Source of the DNA: Eledone cirrhosa
Lineage: Eukaryota
Length of the DNA: 64,000 nucleotides
NCBI GenBank assembly: GCA_964016885.1
Contig: OZ024741.1
Coordinates: 13,206,001-13,270,000 of the forward strand
Reading direction: 5' to 3'
Shown: in pieces, positions 11,120 to 23,505 of the stretch
How the letters are laid out: the number at the start of each line of letters is the position of its first letter
How positions within the stretch are numbered: position 1 is the stretch's first letter
Notes under the pieces: generated by a model
Told to the model about the DNA's origin: nothing
What the model saw: the letters and a program-made list of their open reading frames with translations, nothing else
The model's database searches: none
Position numbers and translations under genes: made by a program

Positions 11120-14100
11120 TCAGTGCCAGACAGTAAATGCTCTACCCAAATAGCCGGGCAACTTTCCATGTACGTCCAATACCATGCGTAACGCAAGCAT
11201 GTACTGCGAGATGAACAAATAAAAATTAATACACAATACCAAATCGCTTTTCCTATGGTTAATCAGGAAGCGCGTCCCCCAGGAAGGTGCCAACATGAGA
11301 TCGAAAAGTCCTTCTCTGGCACAAACTCTTCTCCAATTATGGACCTGGATGGTCACTTGATCGGAGATTGCCCCAACTTTGGCCCTCCAGATCCACCACC
11401 CAAACCGCCTCAAAAAGAAAAATCTAAACGGATGAAATGGACCCGAGAAGAGTATAAAGAAGTAATATATGCATATTACTATGCATTAGGTAAGCCATCA
11501 CAAGACAGACACACTTTAAACTCCTACAAAATCTGGAAAACTCGGAATCAAGCTAGCAGACGTGATATGGATGGAAATAAGTTGGCAAATGTAAGGAGGT
11601 ATATCTTCAGAAATAATAGACTCACAGACACTGAACTAACTGCGATCAAGCAGGCTGTGGAGAATGACATAAATATAAATGATGAAAGAACTGAAGAATC
11701 TCCTGGAGATAGTAACCAGTCACAAGTCTTTACTGAAAGACCTCCATCTGACCAAATCATAAATAAGTTTCTAGAAATGAGAAGCCCTATTGAACCCGCA
11801 GAAAATAGCCAGGAGAGGGACTTAGAAACAGTAATTGAAAACCAAACATCTGCTGAAGAACACAGGGAGACTATGAAGGAATTAAAGCAAAAAATATTGA
11901 ATGAGCTTGCAGTAGTAAGACATTCTAGTATAAATGATAGAGAACCACTTCAAAAACTCCCAAATACAATCAAAATAGAAAACAAACAATGATTGGTAAT
12001 TCTGTGACAAAAGAAATCATAGAAGAACTAGAACCTGATCTTACTGAGTTAAATGAAATCATTTATGCATCTGCTAGAGTAATTGAAACAAGTTGTTTAC
12101 CACCAAAAAACAAAAAAAGTCGAACCTTCGTGGTAAACCAATTTGGAGGAGTAGAATCGAAAAGGAGATTGACGTAATGAGAGGAGAAATATCTTTATTG
12201 AGTGAGTTAACCGTTGGAAATGTTACAAGATCCAAGAAGGTAAGAATGCTAAGGAGAAAATATGGATTTTCTTCTAGAGAAACAATAGTTTAAACAAAAG
12301 AATCTCTGAAACAAAAAGTCCAAGTAAAAGCCCAACGAATTCGTAGATTCGAGAAGCGAAACAACTTCTACAGGCAAAATAAGTTGTTCTCATCTAATTC
12401 CAAGTCATTTTATAGAGAAGTAGAGAAGAAAAAAATAATTATTGAAGACACCCCCACCGTCCATAGAAGAAGTTGAAAACTTCTGGAGTAAGATTTGGAG
12501 TGATGACAAGACATATAATGCTAATGTAGATTGGATTAGTCGCCTGGAAAAATCCTACACAAATTTAGAAGAACAGGCGTGGGAAGACATCTCTATAGCG
12601 GACTTAATGACAGCACTCAATAAATCTCATAAATGGAAATCTCCTGGTCGAGACAGGGTGCCAAATTTCTGGCTTTCCTCACTCCCGTGCACTCACAATA
12701 TATTGGTCAAGCTGTTTAATGGAATTATGAAAGATCCAAAAAATACAGCTCATTGGATAACAAGTGGCATTACCTACCTTCTACCAAAGAACAACAAAAG
12801 CAAAGATAAAAAACTATCGGCCCATAACCTTCTTGTCCACCACTTATAAACTATTAACCTCTATTCTGATGGAAAAAGCATACGTGTTTTTGGAGGAGAA
12901 CAATCTTTTCCCCACTGAACAAAAAGGGTGCCGACGAGGTTCATATGGTTGCAAAGATCAACTTTTGATTATTAGTATGATCCTTCGAACTGTCATAATA
13001 AACACAGAAATCTCAGTTCTGCGTCGATCGATTATAAAAAAGCCTTTGACACCATACCACACTCATGGATTCTGAAATCACTGGACATCTTCAAAATCTC
13101 ACCCGTGATCTCAAACTTCCTGAAACACAATATGTCATTATGGAACACAAATCTCCAATTGTCTCATTCCACTGGGGTACTGTGCGCTAAGAATATAAAC
13201 ATCAACTGTGGTATATTCCAGGGTGACTCACTTTCACCCTTGCTTTTCTGCATAGCTTTAATACCCCTTACATCCGAACTTAATAGAACAGGGTACGGTT
13301 ACAGAATTGACAACAAAAAAATAAGCCTCCTATTTTATAAGGATGATTTGAAGCTATATTGCAAAGATATTGACGAACTGGAGGCCTTTTGCGGACAGTA
13401 AAAACGTTTAGCGGTGACATCAGGATGGAGTTTGGACTTGACAAGTGTGCAAAAGCCACTTTCAAGAAGGGGAAGCTTGTCAACTCACTCAGTTGAATTG
13501 GATGCTGAAACAATCATAAAGGAACTTGAGCAGGAACAAACCTATAAATACTTAGGGATTAATGAGGGCTCTGGCATACAGCATGCAAGTATGAAAGAGA
13601 GGATAAGGAAAGAATGTTACAGGAGAGTACGTGCAGTTCTGAGATCAGAACTAAACGCTCGTAAGAAGGTGCTAGCCATAAATTCCTTGGCAGTCCCAGT
13701 TGTCACTTATAGCTTCGGTGTGTTGAACTGGAATATGAGTGAAATCAAAAGAATCGACACCAAAGTCCGAAAGCTACTGACCTGTAATAGGATGCACCAT
13801 CCAAAAGCAGATGTGGATCGTCTTTACCTTCCTAGAACTCAAGTAGGCCGTGGCCTGATCCAATTTGAACTTGCTTACAAGACCACCATCATTGGACTGG
13901 CCAAATACCTTGAAACAACTAACGACTGTATGCTGAAACTTGTTCAAAAGTATGAGAGAAGTAAGAAGCTTCTTTCTATCTTGAAGGAGAACAAAAAATA
14001 TGCTATTGATCTCATGCTTGATACCCAGCCTGGACAGGCTAAAGAAACTGTTGCAACTGATGCTGCTAGGCACATAAAATCACTGGCAAAAGAAAAAGGG

Positions 14101-14150
14101 CAAGGACAATTAGCACCAAATTGGGAGCAGAAAACTCTGCATGGAAAATA
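11120..14150 (+). mobile_element. R4/Dong-type non-LTR retrotransposon (RLE class), 3'-truncated and frameshifted
   Basis: N-terminal MKWTREEYKEV..YYYA, RT motifs NYRPIT, EQKGCRRGSYGCKDQL, GIFQGDSLSPLLF, YKDDLKLY, and MHHPKADVDRLYLPR. It ends at LHGKY, before the endonuclease. Confidence 0.85.
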
Positions 14151-14845
14151 TGTGCCCTCTCCCAGTTTTCCACCTTCAATTTACAGTCGAGCAATGTGAT
14201 CGGTGGAAACTCCACCTTGGCGTTCTATAGAGGACTAGTGGAGTGGCAGAGCGACGACGTACTTTGGGAAACTCTAGGGGGTCGACGAAAATCAACTAGC
14301 CAATCTCTTCGGAAGAACTTTCGGGGCGGGCCTACGGACAATTTCCAGAAATCCCTGGCCTGGCAGTGCTACCGAGGAGCTTTGTCAGTTCAGGATAAAC
14401 TCTACAGGTATGGAAGTGCCGTCACCCGGACATGTCCGTGATGCGCGCAGAGAGACGAAACCATCCTGCATGCACTCGTCCAGTGTCCGAGCATTGCTGA
14501 CTTGTGGGTTTATGTCGAACACATGCTGTCGCGTGTAGAACCGATCCGGCTATCAGCTGAGTCCATCGTGAGGATTTCCCCGCCTTCTTCCTTTAGCCCG
14601 GAAGGGCAGGAAGTTTTTATCTGTCTGGTGGCCATGGCGAAAGAGATAGTATGGTGGACGCGTCTGAAAGGGCTGAAGACGAGCACTTACCTCTTCGATG
14701 ATGCCCTGATTAACTTTTTCAAATTTCATTTGAAAAGGAAAATAAGGGTAGAGAGGGAAGTGCTCTCTTCTCAGCGTTTTGTTGAAAGATGGGTGAGAGA
14801 GGCAAGAATGGCCCGAGTAATAATAATAGTAATAATAATAAATGT
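14151..14845 (+). mobile_element. Tx1 3' fragment with an internal inversion
   Basis: 14187..14820 encodes the ORF2 C-terminus (LAWQCYRGAL, EIVWWTRLKG). 14151..14185 matches the antisense 3' UTR seen at about 40530. A (TAA)n tract follows. Confidence 0.8.
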
Positions 14846-15062
14846 GAAGACTAAAATCCAAAGAGGGCTCAATAAGGATAAATATATATCAAATATATAA
14901 GAACCGTAGAGCAAATATTTATTAAAATAACAGATTAAAGTTTAAGCAAAGAATCGCTGCTTTCACCCTTAAAAGGATCTTCTGAAACTAAAAAAATCAA
15001 CCTGTGAATGCATAAGTAAATATTTCGAAAAACGTTACAACCAATTAATATATATATATATA

Positions 15063-15121
<59 letters not shown>

Positions 15122-15143
15122 GTATATATATATATATATATAT

Positions 15144-15782
15144 ATTTAATGCGATGAAATACCCATGATCGTTTGGTAAATCACTGATGAAGGACTCATT
15201 TTATAACATGTTATCCATGTGCAACCAGCAGTATTCTTCTCACCCATATTTTCATATATTTACCCAAACTGCAATTCTGTGTTTCTCTCTTTCTCTCTTA
15301 CTGCTCCCTCGTTCTCTCTGTTTCTCTTACTTTCTTTCGTCCCCTCTGCCATGTCAGTTAACTTTTTCTCTCTACTGACCTCTTCCTCGCACTCGCACTC
15401 ACTCAGTCCCTGTTTCTCCCCTTCTTTCTTCCTCCCGTTCGCTGGGAAAACGGTTTTCATTCTTTCTAACACCGGATTCACTAGCGAAAGGTCTGTTTTC
15501 TGACTCGCTCATATATTCACACAGCTTATGCTGAAAGAATAACTATGTTGCTTGTGTTTATTTCCATCTTCGGTTAGCTTCCCCCTGTGTTGTTTACTTG
15601 TCTCACTCGCTTTACGCGTTTCTATTGTCCTAATAACTTATTTTAGTTATTATCGCTCCAACGTGAGGTATATGATTTTTAATGCGATGAAATACCCATG
15701 ATCGTTTGGTAAATCACTGATGAAGGACTCATTTTATAACATGTTATCCATGTGCAACCAGCAGTATTCTTCTCACCCATAT

Positions 15783-15790
<8 letters not shown>
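15144..15790. repeat. Non-coding unit of about 533 bp with a terminal direct repeat (about 1.2 copies) between (TA)n tracts
   Basis: 15144..15260 is repeated at 15677..15790. The unit is homologous to 33607..34260. Confidence 0.85.
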
Positions 15791-15833
<43 letters not shown>

Positions 15834-16226
15834 TTGGTTGCAACGTTTTTCGAAATATTTACTTATGCATTCACAGATTGATTTTTTTTAGTTTTTACAA
15901 ATTATCCCTTATGATTGTTTCATATGTTTATTTATATGTCAATCAATTTCTAGTTGATATAAAATGCTCGGATCTATTCATTAGAATCTTGGAGCATATT
16001 TTACGGGTGATATGGCGCATGTCTATCCGGCATGACACCCTTAATTTAATTTAATTTAAGAGAAATCCTTAAGCGATATTCTGACCAACTCCATCTCACT
16101 CAACAAACATTAGGATATACCTAAGTATTCTCCCAATTTAGTGTTTGGGGTGCTAACTAATCAGTATTTCGTGGATAGCTGGTTGTATTATTTTATGAGG
16201 CATAATTAAATAAATATCTCTTTCCT

Positions 16227-16350
16227 TCCAGACGATCGTTTCGTTATAAGATTTCTACAATTTAGGATAAATAATTTCCAGGTTATGTAGAAAGTTGTAT
16301 ATAATCCATAGTTTTATACACAAGCGTGCTCTTATAAACTCATCAGTGGA
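16227..16350 (-). ncRNA. Type I hammerhead ribozyme with a multibranched stem II
   Basis: Minus strand reads UCCA-CUGAUGA-GUUUAUAAGA...UCUUAUAAC-GAAAC-GAUC-GUC-UGGA. The core is intact and stem I is UCCA/UGGA. Confidence 0.8.
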
Positions 16351-16754
16351 TGCCCAAATAATATCGATATAAAAATTACATCGGCATTAATAAATTAGTG
16401 ATGGTCCCCTTCAGCGCTAAAGAGACTGCTAGATTCGAAAGGCCACCAGTCCTTATAAAGATAAGATACACGCGGGTAAGGGGCGGTCATCTTAAAATAT
16501 AAAACAATATACACGCTGGTCATTTAAACCTGTTAGGTATTAACCACGTGTTTAAGAACTCAATTGGATATTAAAAGAACAAATATATGTATACACGATC
16601 GATGCACACATAGAGATATTAAAATATAATAAATACATGTATGGACCACCCATATATACACATAGTTATATAGTTATTCTCTAAGGCTAAAAAATCAGAC
16701 ATGGGATATAAGGAAAATCAATCGGTATTTCATATAAAAAAATATAATAATAAT

Positions 16755-16806
<52 letters not shown>

Positions 16807-16958
16807 ACAATGACAATGGAATTTTCAAAAATCTCCTGACAATTATTTCTGTACCCTGAGGACTAACAATACACCCAGGAGCTGGACATATCGATGAATT
16901 AACAGGGTGGAACCCATTACAACATCATGTTTTCCTGTTTTTTCTGCCTTAGTTCTTA

Positions 16959-17011
16959 CTGCCTGATGAGGTCACAGCCAATAATGGCTGTCATTGAAAT
17001 ATGTATAGCAG
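16959..17011 (+). ncRNA. Type I hammerhead ribozyme
   Basis: CUGC-CUGAUGA-GGUCACAGCCA-AUAA-UGGCUGUCAUU-GAAAUA-UG-UAUA-GCAG. Stem I is CUGC/GCAG and the cleavage triplet is AUA. Confidence 0.65.
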
Positions 17012-17082
17012 CGAATTAGAATAAACGAAGCCAACTTTAACATGTTTGACTTACACTTATTATTTTATATATATATATAAAA

Positions 17083-17617
17083 CCGTCAATTTCCGACGAG
17101 ACAGTCGAAAAGGTTGGGGAAAACATGCGTAAAGATCGGCGGATCACTCTGGATGCTCTCTGCATTTTGGTTCCTGAGGTTTCCCGAAGCACCATCCACA
17201 GGATTTTAATGGAAAAATTGCGACTGTCTCGTCGGAAATTGACGGTCTCCCGCTCCTTTGTTCGTCCTGAATTTCAGTACCACCGGCTGTAAACTCTCTA
17301 CACCACTTGCGAACGTTTTTGACATCCATGCACGACTGTCCATACACTTCCGTCAATTGGCGATGAATTTCAATCGGTTCAACGCCTTTTGCTTTCAAAA
17401 ACCGAATAACTGCGCGAACTTCGCACTTGGCGGTAGCGTTCAACGGGAGCTCCATTCTCAACGGCTGCCAAGCCAAGATTGAGCTTCCCAGCGAAGTGCG
17501 CGCATGCTTGTTTGGGAGTGAAGGAAGCACCAATCACAACAGTGTTACCAACAGCCGTACGAACTGTTTCTCTGCGTCCCCATCGCTTTGGAGACCTTAC
17601 TTTTGGGATTGTCCTCG

Positions 17618-17619
<2 letters not shown>
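17083..17619 (-). mobile_element. Mariner-family DNA transposon 5' fragment (TIR plus HTH region of the transposase) with an inverted segment
   Basis: Encodes CEVRAVIRFL..EIHRQLTEVYG..VRKWCREF..RSGRPS. A terminal TA-CGAGGACAATCCCAAAAG lies at 17619 on the minus strand. The continuation (DRRIT..STIHRIL) is inverted at 17083..17220. Confidence 0.85.
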
Positions 17620-17649
<30 letters not shown>

Positions 17650-17803
17650 TGTATGTATGTATGTATGTATGAATGTATGTGTGTGTGTGTGTGTGTATGT
17701 GTGTATGTGTGTGTGCGTGTGTGTGTATGTATGTGTGTGTTATCTGAAATATTGAGTATGTATATTTCCTTCGTTCGATCGGCTGAGTTGAGATTTCGTT
17801 GAA

Positions 17804-17853
<50 letters not shown>

Positions 17854-17881
17854 AGTGATGGTGGTGATGGTGGTGATGGTA

Positions 17882-17917
<36 letters not shown>

Positions 17918-18419
17918 TTGGTGGTGATGGTGGTGATGATGATGATGATGAAATATAAACAGGAAGAATTAAGCAGATTTATTCCTAAAACTTGCTACAT
18001 TTACAATATATCTGTTTGGTATTAACAGAATTTATCTTGGAAAGTGTCTTTATTGTCGTCTTAATATATTTGTTCCCCGTCTTCTGTCTTCCACTGTCAC
18101 ACTATTGTCACTATTGTCCTTGCTGGAGATTCTATTTTTATATTTCCGTTGCCATCGAAATTCTATTTTCTCTAAATATAGACACCATTTTAACACATCT
18201 TTTAGCTTGAGTCTTTTTACTTCGGAATTACATTATGGCGGCGCTAAATAAATGAAAAATTAAAGATACCGAACATCAAACATCATCATCATCATCATCA
18301 TTATCATCATCATCATCATCATCGTCGTCGTCGTCGTCGTCATCATCACCATCATCGTCGTCGTCATCATCATCATCACCATCACCATCACAACTACACA
18401 CACTCTCTTTCATATCTAT

Positions 18420-18610
18420 ACATGTATATATTTGATAATCTGAGAGATCTACATGGTGTGAACGTCGATGTTTTCAAGAGACATCTCGACACTCTACTGA
18501 CCAACATCCTGGATGAACCCACAGCCCGAGGCGAAGAACAAATAAGAGCAGCAGCAACAAACTCCCTTTTGTATCAATGTCCAACAGAGGAAGGCTGGTT
18601 ATAGAAAGTG
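18420..18610 (+). mobile_element. 3' end fragment of a CR1-group LINE
   Basis: NLRDLHGVNVDVFKRHLDTLL..DEP..RAAATNSL resembles the C-terminus of CR1-group ORF2. Confidence 0.55.
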
Positions 18611-18689
18611 TAGCATCGGTAACGGTGCCCCAGCATAGGCTCAGTCCCTCGGATGGAGCTCAAATAAAAAAGAAAGAAATAATATGTCA

Positions 18690-19265
<576 letters not shown>

Positions 19266-19347
19266 GTGCAAATTTATACGGGAACAAAACAGAGAGGCAG
19301 ACAAATAAAGGTTTATTAGGTTCTCGCTTTTGAGAGTGGGGGGGGGG

Positions 19348-19378
19348 GACGTTTCGGGCATAAGCCCTTCTTCAGGAG
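19348..19378 (-). ncRNA. Minimal hammerhead core lacking a clear stem I partner
   Basis: Minus strand reads CUGAAGA-A-GGGC-UUAU-GCCC-GAAAC-GUC, followed by a poly-C run instead of the 3' strand of stem I. Confidence 0.5.
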
Positions 19379-19405
19379 TAAATAGGTTAGGAAGAGAGTT
19401 CAGCG

Positions 19406-19467
<62 letters not shown>

Positions 19468-19473
<6 letters not shown>

Positions 19474-21653
19474 AAGTGGATGGATACTTCAACAGGTACA
19501 ATGTACTTGTAGAAATATTCAAGTTGTTTATAATACATGTGGTTCAATGGCACTAATTCGAGATACCAGAACAATATAAAAGTAGCGAAACAAACGGTTA
19601 TTAAACAATTTTCTAAATAAATTAAAAAATGATTAAATAATCACCTGTTCAGATGCTGTTACCGACGGTTTCATCATTCCAAAAGATTGGAAATCCAACG
19701 AATTTCCAATGGAAAGAAATGAATCTTCAGACAGCCCTATTTCCACGCTATAAGGTATAGCAAGTAAATATTATGCTCCCTGCCCAACGCATGCGGTCAA
19801 GCCGTTAAAGTGACACACACGCAAATCAGGTCGCTGATAAAAGCTGGATATTATAAACATGTCGAATTGCCACTAAAATTAGCGGCATTATTCAACGTTT
19901 TGTTCTCTACGTAAGGAGAATAAATTATAGAAGTGGATGGATACTTCAACAGGTACAATGTACTTGTAGAAATATTCAAGTTGTTTATAATACATGTGGT
20001 TCAATGGCACTAATTCGAGATACCAGAACAATATAAAAGTAGCGAAACAAACGGTTATTAAACAATTTTCTAAATAAATTAAAAAATGATTAAATAATCA
20101 CTTGTTCAGATGCTGTTACCGACGGTTTCATCATTCCAAAAGATTGGAAATCCAACGAATTTCCAATGGAAAGAAATGAATCTTCAGACAGCCCTATTTC
20201 CACGCTATAAGGTATAGCAAGTAAATATTATGCTCCCTGCCCAACGCATGCGGTCAAGCCGTTAAAGTGACACACACGCAAATCAGGTCGCTGATAAAAG
20301 CTGGATATTATAAACATGTCGAATTGCCACTAAAATTAGCGGCATTATTCAACGTTTTGTTCTCTACGTAAGGAGAATAAATTATAGAAGTGGATGGATA
20401 CTTCAACAGGTACAATGTACTTGTAGAAATATTCAAGTTGTTTATAATACATGTGGTTCAATGGCACTAATTCGAGATACCAGAACAATATAAAAGTAGC
20501 GAAACAAACGGTTATTAAACAATTTTCTAAATAAATTAAAAAATGATTAAATAATCACCTGTTCAGATGCTGTTACCGACGGTTTCATCATTCCAAAAGA
20601 TTGGAAATCCAACGAATTTCCAATGGAAAGAAATGAATCTTCAGACAGCCCTATTTCCACGCTATAAGGTATAGCAAGTAAATATTATGCTCCCTGCCCA
20701 ACGCATGCGGTCAAGCCGTTAAAGTGACACACACGCAAATCAGGTCGCTGATAAAAGCTGGATATTATAAACATGTCGAATTGCCACTAAATAAACAACT
20801 TGAATATTTCTACAAGTACATTGTACCTGTTGAAGTATCCATCCACTTCTATAATTTATTCTCCTTACGTAGAGAACAAAACGTTGAATAATGCCGCTAA
20901 TTTTAGTGGCAATTCGACATGTTTATAATATCCAGCTTTTATCAGCGACCTGATTTGCGTGTGTGTCACTTTAACGGCTTGACCGCATGCGTTGGGCAGG
21001 GAGCATAATATTTACTTGCTATACCTTATAGCGTGGAAATAGGGCTGTCTGAAGATTCATTTCTTTCCATTGGAAATTCGTTGGATTTCCAATCTTTTGG
21101 AATGATGAAACCGTCGGTAACAGCATCTGAACAGGTGATTATTTAATCATTTTTTAATTTATTTAGAAAATTGTTTAATAACCGTTTGTTTCGCTACTTT
21201 TATATTGTTCTGGTATCTCGAATTAGTGCCATTGAACCACATGTATTATAAACAACTTGAATATTTCTACAAGTACATTGTACCTGTTGAAGTATCCATC
21301 CACTTCTATAATTTATTCTCCTTACGTAGAGAACAAAACGTTGAATAATGCCGCTAATTTTAGTGGCAATTCGACATGTTTATAATATCCAGCTTTTATC
21401 AGCGACCTGATTTGCGTGTGTGTCACTTTAACGGCTTGACCGCATGCGTTGGGCAGGGAGCATAATATTTACTTGCTATACCTTATAGCGTGGAAATAGG
21501 GCTGTCTGAAGATTCATTTCTTTCCATTGGAAATTCGTTGGATTTCCAATCTTTTGGAATGATGAAACCGTCGGTAACAGCATCTGAACAGGTGATTATT
21601 TAATCATTTTTTAATTTATTTAGAAAATTGTTTAATAACCGTTTGTTTCGCTA

Positions 21654-21660
<7 letters not shown>
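19468..21660. repeat. 457-bp unit array: about 2.9 tandem copies followed by about 1.9 inverted copies, with one hammerhead per unit (retrozyme-like)
   Basis: TAGAAGTGGATGG starts at 19471, 19928 and 20385 (period 457). The inversion point is at about 20791. Both flanks are (TA)n and there is no ORF. Confidence 0.93.
21044..21124 (+). ncRNA. Type I hammerhead in the 457-bp unit (also 21501..21581 on +; 19655..19735, 20112..20192 and 20569..20649 on -)
   Basis: GCUGU-CUGAAGA-U-UCAUUUC..[two short hairpins]..GGAAUGA-U-GAAACC-GUC-GGUA-ACAGC. Confidence 0.75.
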
Positions 21661-21694
<34 letters not shown>

Positions 21695-22887
21695 ATACTT
21701 GGGGAGGGTCATATTTGTGTAATAATATTGCCAGAATTAATAACAGAACACACTCACTATTTGGTTGGTTTTCGCTTCTGTGTTTTTTATATCGGTTAAT
21801 CTAATTTATTCGGTCCTCAATGTTACCATTGACTGACCAACGGTCAAAAATACATATATATTATAGACACAAACACATATATATAGTCTAACAAAGTTCT
21901 TTCGTGGCACATCTGCAACATCGTCAGTGGTGCTATTATGCTTCCTCCCGTCGTATTGTATGCCTACGCCATCTTTATTTAGTCTGTTTATTTATTTATT
22001 TATTTGTTTATTTGTTTTTTGTCTTCTCTGCGCATGCGTTTGCGTGTGTGTATAGTGTTTTGTTTGATGTGTGTTCGTGTTTGGGTGACTGTGTATTGGT
22101 TATTGTATTCTATCTTAGTTTACTAGTGTGTGTTTATATGTGTTTGTTGTTATTGTGCTTGTGTATGTATTTATTTATTTATTTATACTTCTCTTAGGTC
22201 AGTGTTGTTTGTTTGGGTGTTGTTGCTATTTCATTCATTTTTTCTGTTTAGCCTTGGCCTTCTAAGTTCTATTTTGCTGCCCTCTCTGATTTGCCTATCT
22301 GCTATTTCTATGTTTAGATATTATTCTAATTTCTATGTTGTCTATGTTACCGTCGTGTTGTTGTCTGGCATGTTCGTATAGTACTGAACCGTTATTTCGT
22401 CCTTTTAGTTCCCCCAGTGTTGGTCTATCCTTTCACCTATGCTACGAGCTGTCTCGCCTATGTATGTTGTTGTCATGTTTCTGCAAGTACCCTCTGTACA
22501 TCTTATGCTATAGACTACGTTTCTAGTTTTACAGTTTATCCGGGGGTTTACTTTACATATAATACATTTCCTATTAGTACAGTGGGTTTTCTTAAAATGG
22601 TAGGTTTTGCTGATCAGGGATTTTATGGTGAACAAGAACAACAAATCCTGCAGCTACCACCAAGATTTGCTCTCTACAAAAAGATTAACCCTATTGAGTG
22701 CAAAACGGAGCTGGAAAAGTGTTTCACAAAAATACGTTGGAATGCAAAAGTAAACAACAACAACAACTATACGGACAACAACAACAATAATAACGATAGT
22801 AGTAATATAAACAATAACTCTGAGTATAGAAATAACAGCTATAATAGTAATAGTCATAACATTAACAATAGCAGGAGAGTGAGAAAT

Positions 22888-22982
22888 AGTAATAATTGTT
22901 TCTACTTTAGGCACAAGGCCAGCAATTACCCAGTTCATTGCTGGTACTTTATTTTATCGACCCCGTAAGGATGAAAGTCAAA
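22888..22982 (-). mobile_element. SINE 3' fragment inserted in the Penelope-like ORF
   Basis: Reverse complement of TTTCATCCTTACGGGGTCGATAAAATAAAGTACCAG...GGCCTTGTGCCTAAAGTAGAAACAATTATT, shared with the full SINE copies. Confidence 0.85.
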
Positions 22983-23257
22983 ATGGTAATATTAACGATA
23001 GACAGAACAACAACAACAACCACAATAATAATAATAATAATAGAAACATTAACTACAGACACAGCACCAGCGACCACAGTAGTAATAATGGTAACAATAC
23101 GAGTAACAACAACAACAACCACAGTGGTAATAATAGAAATAATACATGTAGCAACATTAATGATAGACACAACAACAACAGAAAAAAGAAACATAATAAA
23201 AGTAACAACCACAATGGTAGAAATAACAGTAACAACAACAATAACGGTGGAGAAAAC

Positions 23258-23505
23258 AACAACAATACATCCAACAATCACAGCAACAATACATCTAACA
23301 ATCACAGCAACAATACATCTAACAATCACAGCAACAATACATCTAGCAATCATAACAACAATACATCTAACAATCACAGCAACAATACATCTAGCAATCA
23401 TAACAACAATACATCTAACAATCACAGCAACAATACATCTAGCAATCATAACAACAATACATCTAACAATCACAGCAACAATACATCTAGCAATCATAAC
23501 AATAA
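23258..23505 (+). repeat. 24-bp minisatellite (AACAATACATCTAACAATCACAGC and variant) in frame within the Penelope-like ORF
   Basis: About 10 tandem units encoding NNTSNNHS or NNTSSNHN. Confidence 0.85.
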
